In this document: in pieces, positions 18,684 through 27,710 of the stretch
How the letters are laid out: the number at the start of each line of letters is the position of its first letter
How positions within the stretch are numbered: the first letter of the stretch is position 1
Origin: an uncultured Gammaproteobacteria bacterium
Lineage (GTDB): Bacteria > Patescibacteriota > Microgenomatia > CAZXEC01
NCBI GenBank assembly: GCA_964639595.1
Contig: CAZXEC010000001.1
Location: forward strand, 88,111-152,110
Length of the DNA stretch: 64,000 bases
Reading direction: 5' to 3'
Program-made: the position numbers and the translations under genes
The notes under the pieces: generated by a model
The model's input: only the letters and a program-made list of their open reading frames with translations
Told to the model about the DNA's origin: nothing
The model's database searches: none

Positions 18684-20987
18684 GTGGCGCAAGCCGTGGC
18701 AGTTTGTAACTTATGTGATAGACTTACAATGATGCTCACTTTATTTTCCAAAATTAAATCACTCTTGCCTAACAGGCCATCACCGCAGGTTCATTATCTA
18801 TTGGCTGTGGTGATTGGTAAAACTGAAATTGAGGTGGGTGTTTGGTATTTGTCGTCAGCTGGAGTAGAAATTATAGCTGTTGCTGCCCAACCAATAGAAC
18901 AAGGGTTGTCGTTGGAAGAGATCATTGCTCAAGCAACAGATCAAGCGGAGATTCGAGCCAGACTGCAAGCCAGTCATGTAGTTTTTGGCTTACCACAAGA
19001 TTGGTTTGTCCAGGATAAAATTTCCCCAACTAAATTGGATGAGCTAAAACAGGCCTCGCAACATTTAGACTTGATACCGATTGCCTATGTCTCTTGCCCA
19101 CACGCCTTAGTACATCTTATCAAAACTCAAGAGAAAACACCGCCATCGGCGATTTTATTGGGATGGGATGGCGATCTGTTGACTATCAACATATCCAGGA
19201 CTGGTAGAATTGAATTTTCTCAAGATGTACCATATTATCACAACCTTGAAGAAACACTCAAAAATACTCTTTTCTCTATATCAAGATCTATTCCAGGAGC
19301 AGTCCCCTTACCAGCCAGGATTATTCTATGGGGTAAGAGTTGGTCTGGGGAAGACAGAGAGCTTTTGACCTCTGCCGGCTGGTTATCACAATTACCGTTT
19401 TTGCACCTGCCCAGGGTTGAGATACTGCCTGGTGATAGTCGGCTAAAAGCTGTTGCTCTGGCAGGTGGTGTGGATCAGGCGCAGGAGTTGCAACTGCCAA
19501 ATCTACCACTGTCAGTAAGAATCAAAGAAGAATCTGTCAAAATCGTATCCTCTCCGGAAAAGCAGTCAGTAGGATCAGAGATGCCAGAGGAGGATAATTT
19601 TGGTTTCGTGGTGGATTTTGATATTGCCAAAACTATAACTCAAGAAACTCCCCTGGTAGCAGTACCTGCAAATAAGGTAGCTTTCAAAAATAGCGATAAT
19701 TTAGGCTTTTCGCCGCCTCCCAAGATAAGCAATAAACTGTTTGGCTGGTCGCAAATTGCTCTACCGAATATTAATTGGCCTTCGGTTGCGTTTCCCAGTC
19801 ATTTATCCAGATTGGCAGTTTTTGCAGGGGCGGCAATAGTTTTAGTTGGTGGAATTATCTTTGGCCTGGTTTGGTTAATTCCTTCTGCTAGGGTAGTTGT
19901 TTACGGAGAAGAAAAAGTAATCCAAAAAGAGGCAGAAGTTATTGCAGACCCGAGCTCGCCATCGCTTAATGTAGAAATCAAGGTAATACCAGCTGCTGTT
20001 CTTGAAGTTGGCCATGAAGGGTCAGCAAAAGGGGTAGTTGAGGGAACAAAGACTATCGGCGACAAGTCCCGGGGAGAAGTAGTTATTTATAATAAAACTA
20101 CCACCAAGAAAACTTTCTCTACTGGCGCTGCCATCATATCTGTCCAAGGGTTAAAGTTCTTATTGGAAAGTGATGTGACTGTTGCTTCCCAATCTGCTAC
20201 CACCAATGAGCAAACTCAAGCTATAACTCTTACTCCTGGTACTGCCAAAGTGGCGGTGATTGCCGAAAAAATAGGCTCTGACTATAACCTGGCAGCTAGT
20301 CCGGACAAGTCAAATTTTACCATCGCTGGGTTTGCAGAGGGCCAATTTAATGCTAGAAACTTTCAAGCATTTGCTGGAGGCTCATCCAGGGAAATAAGAA
20401 TGGTAACTGAAAATGATCAAAAAAACTTGACAGAACAGTTGGCCAAACAATTGACTTCTCAAGTAAAAGAGAAACTAATTCTCCAAGTGCCTGCCGATAA
20501 ACAATTGCTAGAGCAGGCCATCAGACAAGAAGTTACCAAAAAAGTTTTTGACAAAAAAATAGGTGACGAGGCGCGAGAGTTAACTTTAACGATGAATGTT
20601 ATTGCCAAAGCCACCATCTATTCTGAAAACGATCTCAAGGAATTACTGACACGTTATGTCACAGCCCTTGTTCCGGAAAATTATCAACAATTGGAAATGT
20701 TCACTACTACAGAAGCTCAAGTTACCAAAGTTGATAATAACGGCAAACTGTTTTTTACAGGTAAGTTAAACGCTATTCTTTTGCCTAAAATGCCCACATC
20801 AGAAATAGCCCAGAGCCTGGCCGGGAAATCCATTAATGATGCTCAAGAATACTTAAAAACGCTTGCTAATTCTGTCGGATTTCAGGTACAAATTTCTCCC
20901 AGCTGGTTAAAATTTTTGCCAGATCCCCTAAAAACCATGCCGCGTAATCCACAAAGGATATCAGTTGAGGTAACTCACAAAAACTAA
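18684..20987 (+). CDS. Hypothetical large bitopic membrane protein (cytoplasmic N-terminal domain, one TM, extracytoplasmic C-terminal domain)
   Basis: 767 aa. Central TM LAVFAGAAIVLVGGIIFGLVWLIP. The N-terminal region resembles an actin-like FtsA/PilM fold (this is inference). The GTG start at 18684 is uncertain; the ATGATG at 18729 is an alternative. Confidence 0.4.
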   Translation: MAQAVAVCNLCDRLTMMLTLFSKIKSLLPNRPSPQVHYLLAVVIGKTEIEVGVWYLSSAGVEIIAVAAQPIEQGLSLEEIIAQATDQAEIRARLQASHVVFGLPQDWFVQDKISPTKLDELKQASQHLDLIPIAYVSCPHALVHLIKTQEKTPPSAILLGWDGDLLTINISRTGRIEFSQDVPYYHNLEETLKNTLFSISRSIPGAVPLPARIILWGKSWSGEDRELLTSAGWLSQLPFLHLPRVEILPGDSRLKAVALAGGVDQAQELQLPNLPLSVRIKEESVKIVSSPEKQSVGSEMPEEDNFGFVVDFDIAKTITQETPLVAVPANKVAFKNSDNLGFSPPPKISNKLFGWSQIALPNINWPSVAFPSHLSRLAVFAGAAIVLVGGIIFGLVWLIPSARVVVYGEEKVIQKEAEVIADPSSPSLNVEIKVIPAAVLEVGHEGSAKGVVEGTKTIGDKSRGEVVIYNKTTTKKTFSTGAAIISVQGLKFLLESDVTVASQSATTNEQTQAITLTPGTAKVAVIAEKIGSDYNLAASPDKSNFTIAGFAEGQFNARNFQAFAGGSSREIRMVTENDQKNLTEQLAKQLTSQVKEKLILQVPADKQLLEQAIRQEVTKKVFDKKIGDEARELTLTMNVIAKATIYSENDLKELLTRYVTALVPENYQQLEMFTTTEAQVTKVDNNGKLFFTGKLNAILLPKMPTSEIAQSLAGKSINDAQEYLKTLANSVGFQVQISPSWLKFLPDPLKTMPRNPQRISVEVTHKN

Positions 20988-21026
20988 GCAAAAATGCTAC
21001 CAATTGATGTATGTTAGAATGTCTGC

Positions 21027-21803
21027 ATGCGATCGTATTTATTGATTAAGAAATATCCTAAAAATAGTACAATTGCCCAGAATAATATTCTGACTGCAAA
21101 AATTGTCCCCCTGGCTGTGATGATGATGGGGCTGATGATATTAATCTATGTGGTTTGGCCATTGGTTGTTTATGAAATCAGTTATGCTCCACGCTTCGTG
21201 TCGCCAGAGTTGGCAAGCCCCCTGCAAGATACCAATTCTCCGGCTCAAGTTTTATCGACTCAAAACAAGAACCTGGAGTTTGATAATATTATCAATAATG
21301 TTAACCAGGTAGTACCCCAGAAAGATGATTTGGCAAAATTCTTGAGACCTTTACCAATAGTTGACGGTGTTGAGTCCTTTGTAATCTCCATCCCTAAATT
21401 GAAAATCGGCAGTGCTCAAGTTAATGTTAATGCCCAAACTTTTGATACGGCACTGGCGCACCTGCCGGGATCTGCGCTACCTGGGGAAAGGGGTAATTCG
21501 GTAATAGTTGGTCATTCAGCCTTGCCGCAATTTTTCAACTCTGAAAATTATAAGACTATTTTTTCTACTTTGCCTGATTTGGAAATAGGAGATGAAATCG
21601 TCGCTACTATTGCTGGTACGACTTATCGTTATGCTGTTGAGAAGTCAGAGGTAGTCAAACCCGAACAAATCAGTGCTCTTATTCCTCCTTCCCAAGATCG
21701 TTATTTGACACTTTTGACTTGCGTGCCCCCAGGCCTAAGATCTGACAGACTGTTAGTGAAGGCATCTCTGGTTGGTTTTATTCGTGAGGGTAATAATTTA
21801 TGA
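21027..21803 (+). CDS. Sortase-family transpeptidase
   Basis: N-terminal TM. Catalytic His context NSVIVGHSA. LTLLTCVPPG (TLxTC) cysteine motif, with a conserved Arg downstream. Confidence 0.8.
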   Translation: MRSYLLIKKYPKNSTIAQNNILTAKIVPLAVMMMGLMILIYVVWPLVVYEISYAPRFVSPELASPLQDTNSPAQVLSTQNKNLEFDNIINNVNQVVPQKDDLAKFLRPLPIVDGVESFVISIPKLKIGSAQVNVNAQTFDTALAHLPGSALPGERGNSVIVGHSALPQFFNSENYKTIFSTLPDLEIGDEIVATIAGTTYRYAVEKSEVVKPEQISALIPPSQDRYLTLLTCVPPGLRSDRLLVKASLVGFIREGNNL

Positions 21804-22207
21804 TTTTAGGGATAGATTATGGTCGTGCCAAGATTGGTCTGGCTGTGTCAGAAGGAGAAATTGCCAGCCCTTTGGGAGTTATTCAGGCTGCTGCTGGCAC
21901 CTTCTCCTCCGCTTTTGCTAAAATTAAAACCATTTGCGACCAGAATGGAATAGGTAAAATAGTGGTGGGGGTTTCTGAAGGTAAAATGGCCAACGAATCA
22001 AAACAATTCGGTCAAAAGCTGGGGCATTTTTTACAAATAGCAGTAGAATTCGCTGATGAAACACTCTCCACCTACGAGGCCCAAAGGGCCATGATTGAAA
22101 AAGGCAGCAAACTAAAAGACAGAAGAGAGAAAGAAGACGCAATAGCAGCGGCCATCATTTTACAAAACTGGATAGACCAACAAAAAGTTTTACAATCGCC
22201 CAGATGA
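21800..22207 (+). CDS. ruvX: YqgF/RuvX-like putative pre-16S rRNA nuclease (Holliday-junction-resolvase-like)
   Basis: MILGIDYGRAKIGLAVSEG N-terminus, 135 aa. ATGA overlap with the sortase gene. Confidence 0.85.
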   Translation: MILGIDYGRAKIGLAVSEGEIASPLGVIQAAAGTFSSAFAKIKTICDQNGIGKIVVGVSEGKMANESKQFGQKLGHFLQIAVEFADETLSTYEAQRAMIEKGSKLKDRREKEDAIAAAIILQNWIDQQKVLQSPR

Positions 22208-23151
22208 AAAAAACCTTCGTTATTGTAGCGGCTTCTTCATTAGTTGTGTGGTTATCTTTCCAGTTTCTTTTGACAGCCCCTTCTGCTGATAGTGTCAAAG
22301 AAGTATTTGTGATTACTAGGGGCCAATCAGTTGCGCAGGTTGCCAAAGCTCTACAGGCAAAAGGTTTTATTCGTAATGATCTAGTTTTTAAGATTTATGT
22401 TCAAATAGCCGGGCTGTCGAAAAATATTCAAGCTGGAGATTTTAAGTTATCCAAAAACATGTCTGCTGATCAGGTTGCCGAAGAGCTGACGCACGGGTTA
22501 GTCGATGTCTGGGTAACTTTGCTTGAGGGATGGCGAGTTGAAGAAATGGCCCAAAAGTTGCATGAAGAAGTAGGAATTGATGATGAAGAGTTTTTAAAAG
22601 CGGCCAGTGAGGGTTACATGTTTCCTGATACCTATTTGATACCCAGAACTGCCACTGCGGAGCAAGTAGTGAGAATTCTAAGAGATAATTTTGACCAAAA
22701 AACCCAAAGCCTAAAATTAAAACTGGCAACTCGCCGGCTGTCGGAAAAAGATTGGGTAATTTTAGCATCAATTGTGGAAAGGGAATCAAAAGATAAGGGC
22801 GATAACGAAAGGAAAATCATTGCCGGAATCATTTTAAAAAGATTAAAAGCCGGTATGCCCTTGGAAGCGGATGCCACTATTCAGTATGCCCTGGGTTTTG
22901 ACGAGCGAGAAAAAACTTGGTGGAGGAAAGGACTAACAAGTCGAGATTTACAAATAGATTCGCCATATAACACTAGGCAATATGCAGGTTTGACTCCGGG
23001 GCCAATTGCCAATCCCGGTCTGGCCTCGCTGGAAGCAGTAGTCAACCCTATGGAAACTCAATACTGGTTTTATCTTCATGACAAGCAAGGTAATCCGCAT
23101 TATGCCACGACCATTGACGAACACGTCGCCAACATCCGCCGTTATCTCTAA
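22204..23151 (+). CDS. mltG: Endolytic murein transglycosylase MltG (YceG family)
   Basis: N-terminal TM, a LysM-like region and the YceG fold. ATGA overlap with ruvX. Confidence 0.8.
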   Translation: MKKTFVIVAASSLVVWLSFQFLLTAPSADSVKEVFVITRGQSVAQVAKALQAKGFIRNDLVFKIYVQIAGLSKNIQAGDFKLSKNMSADQVAEELTHGLVDVWVTLLEGWRVEEMAQKLHEEVGIDDEEFLKAASEGYMFPDTYLIPRTATAEQVVRILRDNFDQKTQSLKLKLATRRLSEKDWVILASIVERESKDKGDNERKIIAGIILKRLKAGMPLEADATIQYALGFDEREKTWWRKGLTSRDLQIDSPYNTRQYAGLTPGPIANPGLASLEAVVNPMETQYWFYLHDKQGNPHYATTIDEHVANIRRYL

Positions 23152-23169
23152 TTAGAAAAAATTTTCTCG

Positions 23170-24120
23170 ATGTACGATACCACCAAGCCCTACAAACAGC
23201 AAATACTGGTAGAAATTAAAAAAACCTGGAGAGGCTCTTTACTGGAAGTTAAAAGTAATATCTATCCAATTTTTTATAAGAAATTCCAAAAACAAGCGGA
23301 GGTTGACCACACAGACGGTATCGGCACCAAGGGTATATACCATTGGCAAAAGAGGACTTTTGCCAATGCGGTTCAAGACGCTTTGGCCATGAATTTGAAT
23401 GATTTAGCCTTGGTGCTGGCCACCCCGTATAAATTACAAAATCATATCATCTTACCTATTGATGACCATAAAGCAATTTTGAGCATCATCAAAGCCTTAT
23501 CAAAACAATGCCAAAGCAGAAAGATTGCACTAACTGGAGGAGAGACTTCCATCCACAACAATAGCATCGGGATGGATATTAGTATGACAGTTTCTGGATT
23601 GATAACCCAAAATTATCAAAATAAGTTTGAAGTGGGGGATATGGTGATTGGTCTTGCTTCTGCCGGTTTGCATGCTAACGGTTTTACCAAAGTGAGACAA
23701 ATTTTTGGATCACATACCAGAGTTGATTTTACCAAACCCACACTAATTTATCATCAGGCGATACTAGCTATTAGTAAAAAATTTCCAATTCATGGCATGA
23801 TGCATATTACTGGTGGAGCTTTTACCAAAATTAAAGATTTGATAAAAAAACAAAATATTTTGATAAATAAAAGTCATAAACTTATACCACAGCCAATATT
23901 CTACCAGCTGTATCACAAAAACATTGCTGATGAGGAGATGTATCAAACTTTTAACTGTGGTATTGGTTTTATACTGTCGGTTGGCAGATTTGATAGCGCC
24001 AAAGTACTGGCCATGTTAAAAAGACAAGGATTTACGGCTGATATTATTGGCCAAATTAAATCTGGGTCTGGGCAAGTGATTATAGAATCCATGTTTTCTG
24101 ACAAAATAGTCACCTACTAG
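23170..24120 (+). CDS. AIR-synthase-related (PurM-like) protein
   Basis: DGIGTKG motif and LTGGETS motif, spaced as in PurM (DGVGTK ... GGETAEMP). Confidence 0.55.
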   Translation: MYDTTKPYKQQILVEIKKTWRGSLLEVKSNIYPIFYKKFQKQAEVDHTDGIGTKGIYHWQKRTFANAVQDALAMNLNDLALVLATPYKLQNHIILPIDDHKAILSIIKALSKQCQSRKIALTGGETSIHNNSIGMDISMTVSGLITQNYQNKFEVGDMVIGLASAGLHANGFTKVRQIFGSHTRVDFTKPTLIYHQAILAISKKFPIHGMMHITGGAFTKIKDLIKKQNILINKSHKLIPQPIFYQLYHKNIADEEMYQTFNCGIGFILSVGRFDSAKVLAMLKRQGFTADIIGQIKSGSGQVIIESMFSDKIVTY

Positions 24121-24137
24121 ATCAGCCAGGCTTGATC

Positions 24138-24166
24138 TTGACAGGCGGGTCATCTTATGATATAAA
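24138..24166 (+). promoter_or_regulatory. Sigma70-like promoter upstream of rpoB (TTGACA-17 nt-TATAAA)
   Basis: TTGACA 24138-24143, 17-nt spacer, TATAAA 24161-24166. Confidence 0.55.
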
Positions 24167-24190
24167 ATCTATAAGTTTATAGAAAACCTC

Positions 24191-24231
24191 ACCTAACACC
24201 AAGCTAGGTTAGGTTGGTTTTCTGTATTTTT
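24191..24231 (+). terminator. Attenuator-like hairpin with a U-rich tail in the rpoB leader
   Basis: 7-bp stem ACCTAAC...GTTAGGT followed by TGGTTTTCTGTATTTTTG. Confidence 0.4.
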
Positions 24232-24269
24232 GTGATCTCTTAGAGGAAATTCACCCGAAAAGTAAGCCA

Positions 24270-27200
24270 ATGCCGCAATTATTTCAGCCTAGAAAATCGA
24301 AAATTGGTAAAACGGATGGGCAAAGTACCAACCGTTTTTTTTGGGGCAAAACTAACCTACCGCTACCACCCTTGAACTTAATTCAAATCCAAAAAGATTC
24401 TTACGTCAGATTCTTAGAAGAAGGCATCAAAGACGTCTTAAATGAGATTTCTCCCATAGAAGACTTTACTGGTAAAAATTGGAGGTTGGAGTTTGGTGAT
24501 TATTCTATTGGTAAGCCTAAGTATACTCCTTTGGCAGCAATGGATAAGGAAGTTACCTATGAACACCCCATTAAAGTTAAAGCTACCTTAACTAATAAAC
24601 AAACAGGAACGTCCCAAACCCAGGAAGTATTCCTGGGTGAAGTTCCCGCCATGACTGCAAGAGGCACTTTTGTGGTTAATGGTATAGAAAGAGTGGTCGT
24701 TAGCCAATTGGTGAGGTCTCCTGGCGTATTTTTTTCAGGCGAAGTTGATCCAATCACTGGTAGAATGCTCTACAGTGCAGAGCTGCGCCCGGTCAGGGGT
24801 TCATGGTTAGAATTTTCTATAAGCCGTCAGGATGTTCTCACAGTGAAAATTGACCGTCGACGTAAATTTGCGGTAACCACCCTACTTAGGGCACTGGGTC
24901 TGTCTACTGATGAGCAAATCGCCAAGATTTTAGGCGAGATTGACACTTATCCTGACCGTCATTATCTAGCCAATACTCTAGCTAAAGACTCTACTAAATC
25001 GCAAAATGAAGCCCTGATGGAAATTTACCGTAAAATGAGGCCAGGAGAACCAGTGGTATTGGATAATGCCAGAGCCTTAATTGAGGCCATGTTTTTTAAT
25101 GCCAGAAGGTATCACTTGGGTAAAGTTGGCCGCTATAAGATTAACAAAAAGTTGGCACTTGATGTTGCCAATACCGAAGAAAATTGGACTATAAAATTAG
25201 ATGATATTATCGTCACGATCAAGTATCTGGTGGGGCTTGCCAACGGTGTGGGAGAGGTTGACGATATTGACCATTTGGCTAATCGTCGGGTCAGGTTGGT
25301 GGGCGAATTAGTACAGCAATTAGCATTTAGAATAGGCATTTTACGCTTAGAGAGAGTTATTAGGGAGAGAATGAGTTTCACACCTCCGGGAAATGAATTA
25401 ACCCCAACCAGTCTAGTCAATGCTCGCCCGGTCATCTCGGTGATTAATGAATTTTTCAGGTCTTCACAATTGTCGGCTATTTTGGATCAGACTAACCCCT
25501 TATCAGAAGTAGATAATTTAAGAAGGTTGTCAGTTATGGGAACAGGTGGTATTACCAGAGAAAGAGCTTCGTTTTCTATTCGTGATATTAACCATTCCCA
25601 ATACGGCAGGATTGATCCGATTAGATCGCCAGAGGGTCCCAATATTGGTTTGGTGACTTATTTAGCGCTGTACGCTCGAGTTAATGACCATGGGTTTTTA
25701 GAGACTCCTTATAGAAAAGTAGAAAAAGTCAAAAAATGGGGCGGAGAGAAATCTCGAGTGACAGATGAGATTGTTTACCTAACGGCAGATGATGAAGAGA
25801 ATTATTATATAACTTATGCTGAAATACAGATAGACGACGAGGGGTTTATCAAAGAAGATCGAGTTCCAGTCAGACATAAGGGGGAGTTTTTTGTCAGCGG
25901 CACTACCAGCGTTGCTTTTGTCGATTTGGTGACCAGGCAGGTGGTAGGAACATCTGCTTCCCTAATTCCATTTTTATCTCATGATGAAGCCAATCGTGCT
26001 TTAATGGGTACTCATATGCAATGTCAAGCCGTGCCGCTGCTGGTACCGAACTCACCAGTGGTTGGTACTGGTATGGAAGGCTTAGTAGCCGAAAGCATGG
26101 GCAGAGTAGTCAGGGCAGAAGATGATGGCAGGGTGACAATAGCTGAAGCCACCAAAGTGCAAATAGAATATGGAACAGGAGCCAAAAAGAAAATGGTGGA
26201 ATATCCAGTTCGTAAATTTGTCAGGACCTCACAAAGTACTTGTTTTTCCCAAAAACCGCAAGTCAAAACTGGCCAAAGAGTCAAAAAAGGAGACTTATTA
26301 GTTGATGGCCCGTCAACACAAGATGGAGAATTGGCTTTAGGTCAGAATTTGACGATTGCTTACATGAGCCATGACGGATTAGGCTATGAAGATGCTATTG
26401 TGATTTCTGATCGCCTAGTCAAACAAGACCTGTTGACTTCCATACACATAGAAGAGTATGAATCTGCAGTAGTTGATACCAAGCTTGGCCCTGAAGAAAT
26501 TACTCGTGATATCCCCAATGTCGGGGAAGAAGCTCTAGCTAACCTTGATGAAAACGGCATTGTGGTAATTGGCGCTCAAGTTAAACCAGGAGACATTTTA
26601 GTTGGGAAAATTGCTCCCAAAGGCGAAACAGAACTGACAGCAGAAGAAAGGCTATTGAGGGCGATTTTCGGAGAAAAAGCTCGGGAAGTTCGCGATACGT
26701 CATTACGTATCCCACACGGAGAAAGAGGGACTGTTATTGACGTCAGGATTCTTGATCGAGAAAAGGGAGACGATCTTGAACCTGGTACTAATAAACTTAT
26801 CAAAGTTAAAGTTGCCCAAATGCGTAAGGTTTTAGTGGGAGATAAATTAGCTGGTCGGCATGGCAACAAAGGTATTATTTCCAAAATAGTCCCTGTTTAT
26901 GATATGCCTTATATGGCAGACGGGACTCCGGTTGATATTATCATTAGTCCATTATCAATTATTTCTCGTATGAATTTAGGGCAACTACTGGAAGCCCATC
27001 TTGGTATCGCTGCTCAAAAATTAGGGTACAAAGTAGCAGTGCCGGTGTTTGAAGAAGCCAATGAGAAAATGATTGTCCAGGAATTAGAAAAAGCCAGTCT
27101 GCCCATATCAGGTAAAACTGTCTTATTTGATGGGAGAACTGGTCAGGCTTTAGAGAACGAAGTAGTAGTTGGCGTGGGTTACATTATGAAGCTTATCCAC

Positions 27201-27707
27201 ATGGTTGAGGATAAGCAACATGCCAGGTCAACTGGTCCATATTCGCTGGTTACTCAACAACCATTAGGAGGAAAAGCTCAAATGGGAGGTCAACGTTTGG
27301 GGGAAATGGAAGTCTGGGCACTAGAGGCGTATGGAGCAGCAGCAGTATTGCAAGAGATGTTAACCATCAAATCAGATGATGTAATAGGCAGGTCTAAGGC
27401 CTTTGAGGCGATTATCAAGGGTGTTGATATCCCTCAAGCCATGGTGCCGGAATCATTCAAAGTACTGGTTAAAGAGCTACAAAGCCTGTGTTTGGATATT
27501 GTACCAATTGGCGCAAAAGTTGCCAGCCAAAAGATCCCCACAGAACAAGAATTAAAACAGGAAGCCAAAGTTGAACAACAAGCCAAAGAGCTGGAACAGG
27601 TTTTAGAAGCAGTCCCGGTTGTTCAAAGCGCGGAGGTTTTAGCACCAGCAGGCTTGATGGAAGTAGAAGAAACGTCATCCGCCCCAGAGGAAGGTCGGGA
27701 GGAATAA
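24270..27707 (+). CDS. rpoB: DNA-directed RNA polymerase beta subunit
   Basis: 1145 aa with canonical RpoB blocks (GEMEVWALEAYGAA, NMQRQAVPL-like region). Confidence 0.97.
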   Translation: MPQLFQPRKSKIGKTDGQSTNRFFWGKTNLPLPPLNLIQIQKDSYVRFLEEGIKDVLNEISPIEDFTGKNWRLEFGDYSIGKPKYTPLAAMDKEVTYEHPIKVKATLTNKQTGTSQTQEVFLGEVPAMTARGTFVVNGIERVVVSQLVRSPGVFFSGEVDPITGRMLYSAELRPVRGSWLEFSISRQDVLTVKIDRRRKFAVTTLLRALGLSTDEQIAKILGEIDTYPDRHYLANTLAKDSTKSQNEALMEIYRKMRPGEPVVLDNARALIEAMFFNARRYHLGKVGRYKINKKLALDVANTEENWTIKLDDIIVTIKYLVGLANGVGEVDDIDHLANRRVRLVGELVQQLAFRIGILRLERVIRERMSFTPPGNELTPTSLVNARPVISVINEFFRSSQLSAILDQTNPLSEVDNLRRLSVMGTGGITRERASFSIRDINHSQYGRIDPIRSPEGPNIGLVTYLALYARVNDHGFLETPYRKVEKVKKWGGEKSRVTDEIVYLTADDEENYYITYAEIQIDDEGFIKEDRVPVRHKGEFFVSGTTSVAFVDLVTRQVVGTSASLIPFLSHDEANRALMGTHMQCQAVPLLVPNSPVVGTGMEGLVAESMGRVVRAEDDGRVTIAEATKVQIEYGTGAKKKMVEYPVRKFVRTSQSTCFSQKPQVKTGQRVKKGDLLVDGPSTQDGELALGQNLTIAYMSHDGLGYEDAIVISDRLVKQDLLTSIHIEEYESAVVDTKLGPEEITRDIPNVGEEALANLDENGIVVIGAQVKPGDILVGKIAPKGETELTAEERLLRAIFGEKAREVRDTSLRIPHGERGTVIDVRILDREKGDDLEPGTNKLIKVKVAQMRKVLVGDKLAGRHGNKGIISKIVPVYDMPYMADGTPVDIIISPLSIISRMNLGQLLEAHLGIAAQKLGYKVAVPVFEEANEKMIVQELEKASLPISGKTVLFDGRTGQALENEVVVGVGYIMKLIHMVEDKQHARSTGPYSLVTQQPLGGKAQMGGQRLGEMEVWALEAYGAAAVLQEMLTIKSDDVIGRSKAFEAIIKGVDIPQAMVPESFKVLVKELQSLCLDIVPIGAKVASQKIPTEQELKQEAKVEQQAKELEQVLEAVPVVQSAEVLAPAGLMEVEETSSAPEEGREE

Positions 27708-27710
27708 ATC

